In this document: piece after piece, positions 20,617-29,542 of the stretch
How the letters are laid out: each line of letters opens with the position of its first letter
Position numbering within the stretch: position 1 is the stretch's first letter
NCBI GenBank assembly: GCA_965661915.1
Contig: CBFIFR010000001.1
Span: 23,797-87,796, forward strand
Source of the DNA: Polaribacter sp.
GTDB taxonomy: Bacteria; Bacteroidota; Bacteroidia; Flavobacteriales; Flavobacteriaceae
DNA: 64,000 nucleotides
Direction of reading: 5' to 3'
Position numbers and translations under genes: made by a program
Notes under the pieces: generated by a model
Told to the model about the DNA's origin: nothing
The model's database searches: none
What the model saw: only the letters and a program-made list of their open reading frames with translations

Positions 20617-20749
20617 TATTAGAAGCTATTTCCTGCTTCTTGTGCTGAACTTGATTCAGTATCAAACTCGATTTTTTTTACCCTATTCTGAATTTAATTC
20701 AGAAAGCAGCAAAAAAGAGCTCAAACAGGTCGTTCAATCAGGGCTAAAC
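20617..20749 (+). repeat. Structured interspersed repeat with nested REP hairpins
   Basis: Ends match the reverse complement of 23779-23866 (TATTAGAAGCTATTTCC...AAAAAAGAGCTCAAACA..CGTTCAATC.GGGCTAAAC). Confidence 0.7.
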
Positions 20750-20799
20750 ATTTTTGCAGACCAATAGCATAAACTGAAACTTAAACTAATGTCTAAAAT

Positions 20800-20829
20800 T
20801 ACAACTCAGAATCAAAAAATTACAATTCG
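20800..20829 (+). promoter_or_regulatory. LytTR-type direct repeat upstream of the DUF2141 gene
   Basis: TACAACTCA (20800) and TACAATTCG (20821), 21-bp period. Confidence 0.65.
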
Positions 20830-20900
20830 GTATATTTCTTGTTTACCTTCACCAAAAACATCAGATATTTGAATCATCAATAAAACATAAAATAACAATT

Positions 20901-21320
20901 ATGAAAAAACTAATACCAATACTCGCTTTTATCTTTATCGGAATTTCAACAACAAATGCACAAGAAGAAACCTTTAATCTAACCGTAAACATAGCTGGTT
21001 TAAATTCTAATAAAGGAACCTTAATGATTGGCGTTTACAATAAAAAAGAAGATTTTTTAAACAAACAATTTAGAGGGGGTTTATCAAAAATAGAAAACAA
21101 CACAGCTGTTATAGTTTTTAAAAACTTGCCTAAAGGAGAATATGCAGTTTCGTTTGTACACGACGAAAACGATAATAAAAAAATGGATACTAATTTTCTT
21201 GGAATTCCAAAAGAAGATTATGGATGCTCTAACAACGCAACAGGTTTTATGGGACCACCAAAATACGATGATGCCAAGTTTCAATTATTAGAAAATAAAT
21301 CTATTGAAATTAAAATTTAA
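20901..21320 (+). CDS. DUF2141 family protein
   Basis: Signal peptide; GEYAVSFVHDEN..KMD..FLGIPKE.YG.SNN...MGPP. Confidence 0.9.
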   Translation: MKKLIPILAFIFIGISTTNAQEETFNLTVNIAGLNSNKGTLMIGVYNKKEDFLNKQFRGGLSKIENNTAVIVFKNLPKGEYAVSFVHDENDNKKMDTNFLGIPKEDYGCSNNATGFMGPPKYDDAKFQLLENKSIEIKI

Positions 21321-21350
21321 CAAACAATAACAACACTAAATTTATATATC

Positions 21351-21974
21351 ATGAAAAAATTTATAGTAATCATTGCAATTATCTTTACAGGAACTATCGC
21401 TGCTCAATCAAAATACCAAAAGGGAATGCAAAAAGCATTTACACTTTGGGAACAAGGAGAAATGACAAAAGCTTCTCAACTTTTTGAAAGGATTTCTAAA
21501 GCTGAACCTACAAAATGGATTCCAGCATATTATGCTGCACAAGTGGAAATTTTAGAAAGTTTTGGGCTAAAAGACGAGGCTAAATTAACAGCAAAACTAA
21601 AAAAAGCACAAGAGTTTATTGATGTAGCAAAATCAAACTCAGAAAATAATCCAGAAATTATTATAACTCAAGCTTTATTAAATACAGCTTATATTGCTTT
21701 TGATGGTCAAAAATACGGTATGACCTTATCTGGAAAAAACGCACAATTGTATGCAAAAGCATTGGCTATTGCCCCTAACAATCCCAGAGTTATTTTAGGA
21801 AACGCAGAATGGAACATGGGTGCTGCTCGCTATTTTGGAAAATCTACAAAACCATATTGTGATGAGATTAAAAGAGCTGTTAAATTAAGTAAAGAAGAGA
21901 AAATCGAAGAAGAATTTTATCCGAAATTTTATGAAAAGAGGGCTTTAGAAGTTTTGAAGCAGTGTGAAAAATAG
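21351..21974 (+). CDS. Secreted helical (TPR-like) hypothetical protein
   Basis: Signal peptide; W.PAYY and ALAIAPNNPR motifs. Confidence 0.7.
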   Translation: MKKFIVIIAIIFTGTIAAQSKYQKGMQKAFTLWEQGEMTKASQLFERISKAEPTKWIPAYYAAQVEILESFGLKDEAKLTAKLKKAQEFIDVAKSNSENNPEIIITQALLNTAYIAFDGQKYGMTLSGKNAQLYAKALAIAPNNPRVILGNAEWNMGAARYFGKSTKPYCDEIKRAVKLSKEEKIEEEFYPKFYEKRALEVLKQCEK

Positions 21975-22014
21975 TATGCAGTTCTCAGTTTAAAACATAC
22001 AGATTTCAGTAGTT

Positions 22015-23130
22015 TTACGACTGAGAACCACTTACTGAAGACTGCCCACTACTAATCTTATCAACCAAATCTTGTTTCGCTTTTATATCATCACCAAACA
22101 ACCATTGTAAGACGTTATCTTCCCAGATTTCGTCTTTTTCTTCTTGAGAAAGAATGTTTTTCTCTATCGCTAAATCTAAAATTTTACCAGGATAAGAAGA
22201 TTGTTTGTCACTTTCCATTTCTCCTAAAGGATATGGATCATCTAAGCCCATTAAAACTTGTTTGGAACCTTGTCTTTTAAACATTAAGCCTAATGAATCT
22301 GTATCATGCACTAAAGTATCAAAAAAGATATTTTTATGCCCAACCGCTTTTCTTGGATGAGTTTTCCCTTCGAATAAATCTGGCCTTCCATCAAAACCTT
22401 GAATTCTTCTTCCTAAGTTCATTTGAGCCAATTGCCCTCCGTGAGCAAAACAGGTTCTAATATTTCTAAAACGCTCTTGCATCCCATTTAAGGTATAGAA
22501 GTGATAAGCATCTCCACATTGAGCCAACATCCAAATTAAGTGAAAACGCCAATTGGTATTTTCTAATTTTATCATTTTATCACCATCATAAGGGTGAATT
22601 TCTATGGCCAATTTATATTTGTCTGCGAGTTCAAAAATTCGGTCATTTTCTTCATCAAAAACAGAACGCCATTGCCCAATTGAGTCCATAAAATGCGTGG
22701 GTAAACACAAAACTTTTAAACCTAATTCTTCAACACAGCGTTTCATTTCATCTAATGCTCCGTAAATAAAACCAGGATGCACTACAAAACCACAGGTAAA
22801 TTTATCTGGGTGATTATTTTGAACTTTTGCATTAAAATCGTTTTGAAAACGCAATGCTTTTTTCATTTCTTCCAAACGCAAACCATTACCATATAATTGA
22901 GATAAATTTAAAACAACAGCATGGTCTATTTTGTTTTTCTCCATCCACAACAGCTTTTCATCTAAGAAAAAACTAGAATGTGTTACAGGTCTTCTCCAAC
23001 CTTTTTGCAACATGTGTTTACGTTCATCATCTACCCAAAAAATTTCCTTGTCTTTCATAAACTGAGGAATTTCTTCTGGATAGGGAAGTAGGTGTGAATG
23101 TCCGTTAATGCGTAGTTTTCTGTGGCTCAT
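22015..23130 (-). CDS. Amidohydrolase, probable 2-amino-3-carboxymuconate-6-semialdehyde decarboxylase (ACMSD)
   Basis: HSH metal motif, IHP, FAHGG, FDTLVHD and GLDDPYPLGE; follows the 3-HAO gene. ATG at 23130 is preferred. Confidence 0.8.
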   Translation of the reverse strand: MSHRKLRINGHSHLLPYPEEIPQFMKDKEIFWVDDERKHMLQKGWRRPVTHSSFFLDEKLLWMEKNKIDHAVVLNLSQLYGNGLRLEEMKKALRFQNDFNAKVQNNHPDKFTCGFVVHPGFIYGALDEMKRCVEELGLKVLCLPTHFMDSIGQWRSVFDEENDRIFELADKYKLAIEIHPYDGDKMIKLENTNWRFHLIWMLAQCGDAYHFYTLNGMQERFRNIRTCFAHGGQLAQMNLGRRIQGFDGRPDLFEGKTHPRKAVGHKNIFFDTLVHDTDSLGLMFKRQGSKQVLMGLDDPYPLGEMESDKQSSYPGKILDLAIEKNILSQEEKDEIWEDNVLQWLFGDDIKAKQDLVDKISSGQSSVSGSQS

Positions 23131-23215
23131 ATTTTTTGTCATTGGGAGTTTACAAAGCAATCATTTAGTTTGATTAACAGATTATTTCATTCGCTCCTCA
23201 AATAATGAAGAACTT

Positions 23216-23695
23216 TTATTTTTTCTTCTTTATTGTATTGTTATATCTATCAAAAATTGCTGGCATATCTGTTTCAATATTGTCTAAAGTAAACTCTTCT
23301 TCATAGATTAGACTTGTATCTTTTTCTGAATACCATTGTAATTTATCTTTGACACCTTTAGGTCTTGGATATTCAATTACCAATCCCACTGTATTTGCTC
23401 CACGTTGTGGAGAATGAGGAACTTTTGGCGGTAAAAAGAAAATTTCTCCTTCTCTGATATGGATATTTTTTTTCTTGCCATCTTCGATCACTTTTAAAAC
23501 AATATCACCTTCTACTTGATAAAAAAACTCTGGTGTTTCATTGTAATGATAATCTGTTCTACTATTAGGACCACCAACAACCATTACTATAATATCAGCA
23601 TCTTTCCAAACTACCTTGTTACCAACTGGTGGTTTTAGTAAATGACGGTTTTCATCTATCCACTTTTTAAAATTTATAGGTTGTACTAAATTCAT
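23216..23695 (-). CDS. nbaC: 3-hydroxyanthranilate 3,4-dioxygenase
   Basis: LKPPVGNK, VGGPNSRTDYH, EFFYQ and PHSPQR motifs. Confidence 0.93.
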   Translation of the reverse strand: MNLVQPINFKKWIDENRHLLKPPVGNKVVWKDADIIVMVVGGPNSRTDYHYNETPEFFYQVEGDIVLKVIEDGKKKNIHIREGEIFFLPPKVPHSPQRGANTVGLVIEYPRPKGVKDKLQWYSEKDTSLIYEEEFTLDNIETDMPAIFDRYNNTIKKKK

Positions 23696-23778
23696 TTTTA
23701 TCGATTTATAGATTATGGAATGTTTTGATTGTTAGACTTTAAAATTAGTCATTTTTTATTACTTTATTTGGCAAACAA

Positions 23779-23866
23779 GTTTAGCCCAGATTGAACGGTA
23801 TGTTTGAGCTCTTTTTTGTTTTTCTCAAAAAAAGCGAGTAGTGAAAGCTGGAAATAGCTTCTAATA
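23779..23866 (-). repeat. Structured interspersed repeat (inverted copy of 20617-20749)
   Basis: Shared terminal sequences and an internal hairpin. Confidence 0.7.
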
Positions 23867-23869
23867 AAA

Positions 23870-24649
23870 CTACAATGATTTTGTTCTTCCACCATCTACT
23901 GGCAAATTAATTCCGTTGATATAACTTGCTTTTTCGCTTGCTAAAAACACAATTGCACTTGCTGTTTCTTCTGGTTTTGCAAAACGTTTTGCTGGAACAT
24001 AACTTTTTAATTGGTTGATTATATTTTCTTCAGAAGTGTTGGCTTGGTTTGCTTTCATTGTAATAATTTGATCCAAACGTGCAGTATCTGTAAAACCTGG
24101 CAATACATTATTTACTGTAATTTGAAAACTCCCCAATTCTGAAGCCAATGTTTTTGCCCAATTACCAACTGTATTTCTAATGGTATTAGATACACCCAAA
24201 CCAGGAATTGGTTCTTTAACTGAAGTAGAAATTACGTTAATAATTCTGCCATATTGCTCTGCTTTCATAAAAGGAACTACCGACTGCACCAATATCTGAT
24301 TGCAAACAATATGCATTTGAAAAGCATTTATTAATTCTGTAGAAGTTGCTGATAGTAACTCACCTCCTTTTGGACCACCTGTATTGTTTACTAGAATATG
24401 AAACTGTACATCTGAATTTTCTAAAACAGTTTTTAATTCTTCTGGTTTTGAAAAATCGGCTACCATGTAAGCATGGTTTTGTTTTCCATTATTTTTTAAC
24501 TCAGATAAAACTCTCTTTAATTTTTCTTCGTTTCTAGCAAATAAAGTTACGTTAGCGCCTTCTTCTGCTAATAATAATGCTGTTGCTTTTCCTATTCCTT
24601 GTGTGCTTCCGCAAACTAATGCATTTTTATTTTGTAAACTCAGTTCCAT
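23870..24649 (-). CDS. SDR-family oxidoreductase
   Basis: GSTQGIG, VNNTGGP, NVLPGFTDT and PVDGG motifs; lacks the canonical YxxxK (SNTIR instead). Confidence 0.88.
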   Translation of the reverse strand: MELSLQNKNALVCGSTQGIGKATALLLAEEGANVTLFARNEEKLKRVLSELKNNGKQNHAYMVADFSKPEELKTVLENSDVQFHILVNNTGGPKGGELLSATSTELINAFQMHIVCNQILVQSVVPFMKAEQYGRIINVISTSVKEPIPGLGVSNTIRNTVGNWAKTLASELGSFQITVNNVLPGFTDTARLDQIITMKANQANTSEENIINQLKSYVPAKRFAKPEETASAIVFLASEKASYINGINLPVDGGRTKSL

Positions 24650-24668
24650 ATTTTTATTTTATTTTCTA

Positions 24669-24694
24669 TGTCCGGTCGAGCGCAGTCGAGACCT
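24669..24694 (+). repeat. REP-like palindrome, left flank of the GIY-YIG gene
   Basis: TGTCCGGTCGAGCGCAGTCGAGACCT; inverted copy at 25022-25045. Confidence 0.75.
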
Positions 24695-24697
24695 CAA

Positions 24698-25015
24698 TTA
24701 TTTCTCTGGATTATATTTATGATGTGTTGCATTTCTGCATTCTAACAAAATTTCTAACATATCAAAATCATCATTTGCTAAAGATAATTTCTTTTTTGAA
24801 CTCCATTTTTTAATTTTCTTTTCAAAATAAATTGCTTGTTCAACATCATTAAAAACTTGATGAAAAATTAGCTCTAAAGGTCTTCTTTTAAAAGTAAAAC
24901 AATTTTTATTTAACCCTTTTTGATGTTCATTAAATCTTCTTTCAATATTATTTGTAATACCTGTGTAAAGTAAATTATCTGAGCATTTTAATATATAAAC
25001 AAAATATGTTTTCAT
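24698..25015 (-). CDS. Small GIY-YIG nuclease (UPF0213-like)
   Basis: VYILKC...LYTGITNNIERR..EH and EKKIKKW motifs. Confidence 0.9.
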   Translation of the reverse strand: MKTYFVYILKCSDNLLYTGITNNIERRFNEHQKGLNKNCFTFKRRPLELIFHQVFNDVEQAIYFEKKIKKWSSKKKLSLANDDFDMLEILLECRNATHHKYNPEK

Positions 25016-25021
25016 AATTAA

Positions 25022-25140
25022 CCTCTCGACTGCGCTCGAGGAGACATTTTAATGATATTAACTTTTTTTCATCCTCTCGAAAACTACGTTCGCTACTTTC
25101 AATCAAAAAATATTTTGATTTCAGTAATGCTCGAGGAGAC
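25022..25140 (-). repeat. Two REP-like palindromes on the right flank of the GIY-YIG gene (second one interrupted by an insert)
   Basis: CCTCTCGACTGCGCTCGAGGAGAC (25022-25045) and CCTCTCGA[~48 nt with its own hairpin]GCTCGAGGAGAC (25073-25140). Confidence 0.7.
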
Positions 25141-25149
25141 ATTTTTAGA

Positions 25150-25368
25150 TTAATTAATATTTTGCATCATTTCTTTAATCTTAATTGCTTTTTCAAAGTG
25201 ATCTAACTCATGTGTTTCAATCCACCAAGTGGCAACTTCCATTAGCAATTTCGGATTGTCGTTTTTATTTTTGAAAAATGCGTAAAAAGACAAACCTACA
25301 TTTTCTCCTTTTTTGGCAATTTTATCATCGCAAACTGTAATGATTTTTTGTTTGATTTCTTTAGTCAT
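25150..25368 (-). CDS. Small conserved protein (DUF6500-like)
   Basis: KIAKKGENVGLSFYAFFKNKNDNP..WWIETH.LDHFEKA; ATG at 25368 overlaps the end of the ALDH gene. Confidence 0.65.
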   Translation of the reverse strand: MTKEIKQKIITVCDDKIAKKGENVGLSFYAFFKNKNDNPKLLMEVATWWIETHELDHFEKAIKIKEMMQNIN

Positions 25369-26806
25369 ATTTGATACAGATATTCTTTGGTTCTGTAAAA
25401 AAATGTAAAGCTTCAAAACCTCCTTCACGTCCTACTCCACTCTCTTTTGCGCCACCAAAAGGAGTTCTTAAATCACGTAGCATCCACGTATTTACCCAAA
25501 CAATTCCGGTTTGTAATTGCTTGGAAAACTGCATTGTTCTGTTCAAATGATTTGTCCATAAAGTTGATGATAAGCCATATTTTGTATCGTTTGCTAAAGT
25601 TAAGGCTTCTTCATCGGTTTTGAAAGACATCAAAGTTACAACTGGTCCAAAAATTTCTTCTTGATTTAATTTACATTGATTGTCTTTTACCTCAATAATT
25701 GTAGGTTGTAAATAATAGCCATTTTCATAATTTTTCACCTTAACTTTTTTTCCTCCAAAGAGTATTTTACCTCCTTCGTTTTCTGCAATATCGATATAAC
25801 TTTTTACTTTTTCTAAATGTTGTTTAGACACCAAAGCTCCAATATTTGTATTTTCTTCTGAAGGATCCCCAACTCTTAATTCAGCTACTTTTTTTATAAA
25901 ATCTTCTTTGAACTTTTCATAGATATTGTCTTCTACTAAAATTCGACTTCCACATAAACAAATCTGACCTTGATTGGCAAATGAAGAACGAACAGTAGTT
26001 TCTAACATCTTCTCATAATCGCAATCTGCAAAGATGATATTTGGGTTTTTTCCTCCTAATTCTAGAGAGAGTTTCTTAAACATCGGTGCAGCAATGCTAG
26101 CAATATGTGCGCCTGTTTTTGTACTACCTGTAAAAGAAATTGCTTTAATATTGGGATGTTCTACAATGGCTTGTCCTATGGCTGTTCCTAAACCATGTAC
26201 AATATTTAAAACACCTTTAGGTAAACCAGCTTCATTGCAAATTTCGCCTAATAAAAAGGCTGTCATTGGTGTAACTTCACTTGGTTTTGCAACAACGCAA
26301 TTTCCTGCTGCAATTGCTGGGGCAATTTTCCAAGTAAATAAGTATAAAGGTAAATTCCACGGAGAAATGCAACCGACAACTCCAATTGGCTGACGCAAAG
26401 TAAAATTAACAGCATTTAAGCCCACACTCTCATGACTTTCTGAGGAAAATTGCGTAATCGCATTTGCAAAAAATTGAAAGTTACTTGCTGCTCTTGGAAT
26501 GTCTACTAGTTTAGCTAACGCTATTGGTTTACCATTGTCTTTGGATTCTCCTGCTGCTAAAAAGTCTAATTTTTCTAAAATTAAATCTGATATTTTAGAT
26601 AGTATTTTGCTTCTTTCTTCTAAAGTGGTGTTGCTCCAACTTGGAAAAGCTTTTGCTGCTGCTTTGTAGGCTTTTTCTACATCTTCTATTGTTGAATTTG
26701 GGGTTTGCCCGTAAATTTCTCCTTTTGCAGGATTGTAATTCTCTAACCAATTGTCTTGAACTGGGTTTGTGAATTTTCCGTTGATGTAGTTTTTTATCTT
26801 TAACAT
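25361..26806 (-). CDS. Aldehyde dehydrogenase, probable 2-aminomuconate/2-hydroxymuconate semialdehyde dehydrogenase
   Basis: PWNLP, FTGST, LELGGKNP, GQICLCGSR and EEIFGPV motifs; kynurenine-pathway context. Confidence 0.88.
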   Translation of the reverse strand: MLKIKNYINGKFTNPVQDNWLENYNPAKGEIYGQTPNSTIEDVEKAYKAAAKAFPSWSNTTLEERSKILSKISDLILEKLDFLAAGESKDNGKPIALAKLVDIPRAASNFQFFANAITQFSSESHESVGLNAVNFTLRQPIGVVGCISPWNLPLYLFTWKIAPAIAAGNCVVAKPSEVTPMTAFLLGEICNEAGLPKGVLNIVHGLGTAIGQAIVEHPNIKAISFTGSTKTGAHIASIAAPMFKKLSLELGGKNPNIIFADCDYEKMLETTVRSSFANQGQICLCGSRILVEDNIYEKFKEDFIKKVAELRVGDPSEENTNIGALVSKQHLEKVKSYIDIAENEGGKILFGGKKVKVKNYENGYYLQPTIIEVKDNQCKLNQEEIFGPVVTLMSFKTDEEALTLANDTKYGLSSTLWTNHLNRTMQFSKQLQTGIVWVNTWMLRDLRTPFGGAKESGVGREGGFEALHFFTEPKNICIKYD

Positions 26807-26813
26807 ACTGCTT

Positions 26814-27221
26814 TTAGCTTTTGGCTTTTGGTAAATAAGCAGTAACCTTAATCTCTACCACTAAATCTGGATGTGGTAATTGATGTACTGCAACTGTAGT
26901 TCTTGTAGGCCCTGTTGCTGCGTCAAAGAATTCTGCGTAGGCTTTATTATATTCTGCAAAATCGTTTATGTTTACTAAAAAACTAGAAACATCTACCACA
27001 TCTTTTAAACTTGCGCCAACTGTTTTTAGGTTTTTATCTAAATTTTCCAAAACTGCTTTTGTTTGTAAATAGGCATCTAATTTTTTGGTTCCCATTTCAT
27101 CAATAATTACAACCCCTGCAATAGAATTGTCTGCTCTTCTTGAACTGGTTCCTGAAACAAAAATAAAATCGCCAACCACTTTTACATGTGGATACGCGCC
27201 TCTTGGGGTTACTTTACTCAT
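26814..27221 (-). CDS. RidA-family protein, probable 2-aminomuconate deaminase
   Basis: [15 protein letters not shown] and [14 protein letters not shown] motifs. Confidence 0.85.
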   Translation of the reverse strand: MSKVTPRGAYPHVKVVGDFIFVSGTSSRRADNSIAGVVIIDEMGTKKLDAYLQTKAVLENLDKNLKTVGASLKDVVDVSSFLVNINDFAEYNKAYAEFFDAATGPTRTTVAVHQLPHPDLVVEIKVTAYLPKAKS

Positions 27222-27609
27222 AGATAATTGTATGTTTTATAGTTTTAGTATTGATAATCTATTGGTACTAAAATTAATACTTTTTTAATGAATTGAAACA
27301 AGCAAGCTGTAAATTTGTGATATTCACAAATACTTTTGCAGCCTTTATTTGTTTTATCTACTTTTAAAAAATTACTTTGATTAATGATTTGGAATACAAT
27401 TCTAAAATCTTATTTATATCATTATTTAAAGCTACTCTTAAGGATATAAAAGAAAAATACCAATTCACTATTAAAAAAAAAGTTAAGATAGTAGGCAAAT
27501 AAATTGGTTAAACTGCATTTACAACCAAGTATACCCAAATTAGATTTGGAGTACTACCTATTTTTGAAAGATTTCCTCTAAAATAACTAACAATTAGATG
27601 TTATTTTAA

Positions 27610-27759
27610 TTAGAAAGATCGATTTAGAAAAGATACATAAGTGTACCTATTGTTACACTTATCGCATGCATAAGAATGAGTACCTGGAATTACTCGAGTA
27701 ATTCCAGTTCTTTTCATTCTATATCTAGAAGTGGATTTACATTTGGGGCAAGCTTTCAT
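27610..27759 (-). CDS. Small basic zinc-ribbon protein, paralog A (49 aa)
   Basis: Manual translation MKACPKCKSTSRYRMKRTGITRVIPGTHSYACDKCNNRYTYVSFLNRSF*; below the ORF-track length cutoff. Confidence 0.75.
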   Translation of the reverse strand: MKACPKCKSTSRYRMKRTGITRVIPGTHSYACDKCNNRYTYVSFLNRSF

Positions 27760-27910
27760 AATTACAGTTTTTTGAATTACAACGATTAAAATTAACTAAT
27801 AATCAACTAATTACACTATACTGAATTAACTTAAATCTTTCTATTTTTTCTTTTTTAGGTGGAGAGATTTGAAGTAAAACAAAATAAAAAATGGAAAGAG
27901 ACACTAGATT

Positions 27911-28066
27911 TTATACTCTTAATGTTCGGTTGATAATTGAAAACCATGTATATTGTGTGTTGCATTTATCACAACCATAACTTTTTGTACCTGGTATTAA
28001 TTTCACAACTCCTTTTCTTTTTAATCTGTGCCTAGATACAGATTTACATCTTGGACAAGCTTTCAT
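27911..28066 (-). CDS. Small basic zinc-ribbon protein, paralog B (51 aa)
   Basis: Manual translation MKACPRCKSVSRHRLKRKGVVKLIPGTKSYGCDKCNTQYTWFSIINRTLRV*; aligns without gaps to paralog A. Confidence 0.75.
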   Translation of the reverse strand: MKACPRCKSVSRHRLKRKGVVKLIPGTKSYGCDKCNTQYTWFSIINRTLRV

Positions 28067-28345
28067 GGTTTAGCATTATTATTTAGTTTAGTTTAGTTTA
28101 GTTTCATCGAAAATACTATAAACGAGGCTATTAAACTAATCAATATTAATTATTATCAATTATTTAATATTGCACAGATTTTTTTAGGTTCTTCCTAATT
28201 TTTATATGAAATTCATCTTATAATATTGTAAATTGATCTCAATTAAAAGTAACGTACATTGCTAGCTTAATTTTTAGAACTTCTACCTTAAAATCTAAAA
28301 TTGATTTAAAAAACATAGAATTATACACCTCATATAGTGCCATTT

Positions 28346-28380
28346 AAAAAAAAACCATCCTCTAAAAATAAAGAATGGTT
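28346..28380 (-). terminator. Terminator after bioB
   Basis: Minus strand AACCATTCT...AGGATGGTTTTTTTTT. Confidence 0.65.
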
Positions 28381-28403
28381 AACAAAATAAGATTTATAAA
28401 ATA

Positions 28404-29501
28404 CTATATTTTAACTGCTTTTCCTTTTTGTTTCGCAGCTTCGTTTCTTTCAATTTTATGATCTGGTCTTGTCCATTTTGGTTTTTCGCCTAAAGCTTCA
28501 ATTTGAGAATCTTTAGCCTCTACAGTTTGTGGTTGTACCTTTTTTGTAAATGGTTTTTGTGGATTTAAACCTAATAATTCAAACATTTTCATATCCTCAT
28601 TTACATCAGGGTTTGGAGTAGTTAATAATTTATCTCCTGCAAAAATTGAATTTGCACCTGCAAAGAAACACATTGCTTGGCCTTCTCTACTCATTTGAGT
28701 TCTTCCTGCAGATAAACGCACTTGTGTTTCTGGTAATACAATTCTTGTGGTTGCAACCATTCTTATCATATCCCAAATTTCAACTGGTTTTTCATCTTCT
28801 AAAGGCGTTCCTTCAACAGCAACTAAAGCATTAATTGGAGTTGATTCTGGTTGTGGATTTAAAGTTGACAACGCAACTAGCATTCCTGCTCTGTCTTCTG
28901 CAGATTCTCCCATTCCAATAATTCCACCAGAACAAACTGTTACATTTGTTTTACGCACGTTATCAATAGTATCTAAACGATCTTGATAACCTCTTGTGGA
29001 AATTACTTCTTTATAATATTCTTCTGATGAATCTAAATTATGATTATAAGCATACAAACCAGCTTCAGCTAAACGTTGTGCTTGGTTTTCGGTAACCATC
29101 CCTAAAGTACAACAAACTTCCATATCCAACTTGTTGATACCTCTCACCATTTCTAACACCTCGTCAAATTCTGGACCGTCTTTTACGTTTCTCCAAGCTG
29201 CTCCCATACAAACTCTTGAGCTTCCAGATTCTTTAGCTCTTAATGCTTGTGCTTTTACTTGATTTACGGTCATTAGATCATTGCCTTCAACATTCGTATG
29301 ATATCTTGCTGCTTGTGGACAATACCCACAATCTTCTGAACATCCCCCTGTTTTTATGGATAATAAAGTAGATACTTGTACAACATTTGGGTCGTGTTGT
29401 TTTCTATGGATTGTTGCTGCTTCATACAACAATTCCATTAAAGGTTTATTGTAAATTTCTAATATTTCTTCTTTCGTCCAGTTATGTCTTACTTCGCTCA
29501 T
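28404..29501 (-). CDS. bioB: Biotin synthase
   Basis: Radical SAM CSEDCGYC, YNHNLD, CSGGIIGMGE and RLSAGR motifs. Confidence 0.98.
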   Translation of the reverse strand: MSEVRHNWTKEEILEIYNKPLMELLYEAATIHRKQHDPNVVQVSTLLSIKTGGCSEDCGYCPQAARYHTNVEGNDLMTVNQVKAQALRAKESGSSRVCMGAAWRNVKDGPEFDEVLEMVRGINKLDMEVCCTLGMVTENQAQRLAEAGLYAYNHNLDSSEEYYKEVISTRGYQDRLDTIDNVRKTNVTVCSGGIIGMGESAEDRAGMLVALSTLNPQPESTPINALVAVEGTPLEDEKPVEIWDMIRMVATTRIVLPETQVRLSAGRTQMSREGQAMCFFAGANSIFAGDKLLTTPNPDVNEDMKMFELLGLNPQKPFTKKVQPQTVEAKDSQIEALGEKPKWTRPDHKIERNEAAKQKGKAVKI

Positions 29502-29542
29502 AAATAATAGTTGATTTCTACACCAAAAATACAGTATTTACT

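Noticed and set aside
20462-20767. 101-aa ORF overlapping the receptor 3' end
   Set aside because: Out-of-frame overlap that runs into a repeat element.
23131-23160. Shared N-terminus MLCKL.MT on the ACMSD and TrpB ORFs (also 55170-55208), resembling a common targeting peptide
   Set aside because: Both extensions are translations of the same REP (TGTCATT..GAGTTTACAAAGCAATC); the true starts are the downstream ATGs.
27290-27600. AT-rich stretch possibly holding a gene remnant
   Set aside because: Only short frames without recognisable motifs on either strand.
28082-28106. (TTTAG)n short tandem repeat upstream of zinc-ribbon paralog B as a phase-variation tract
   Set aside because: Only about four units in a very AT-rich genome; no evidence of variability.
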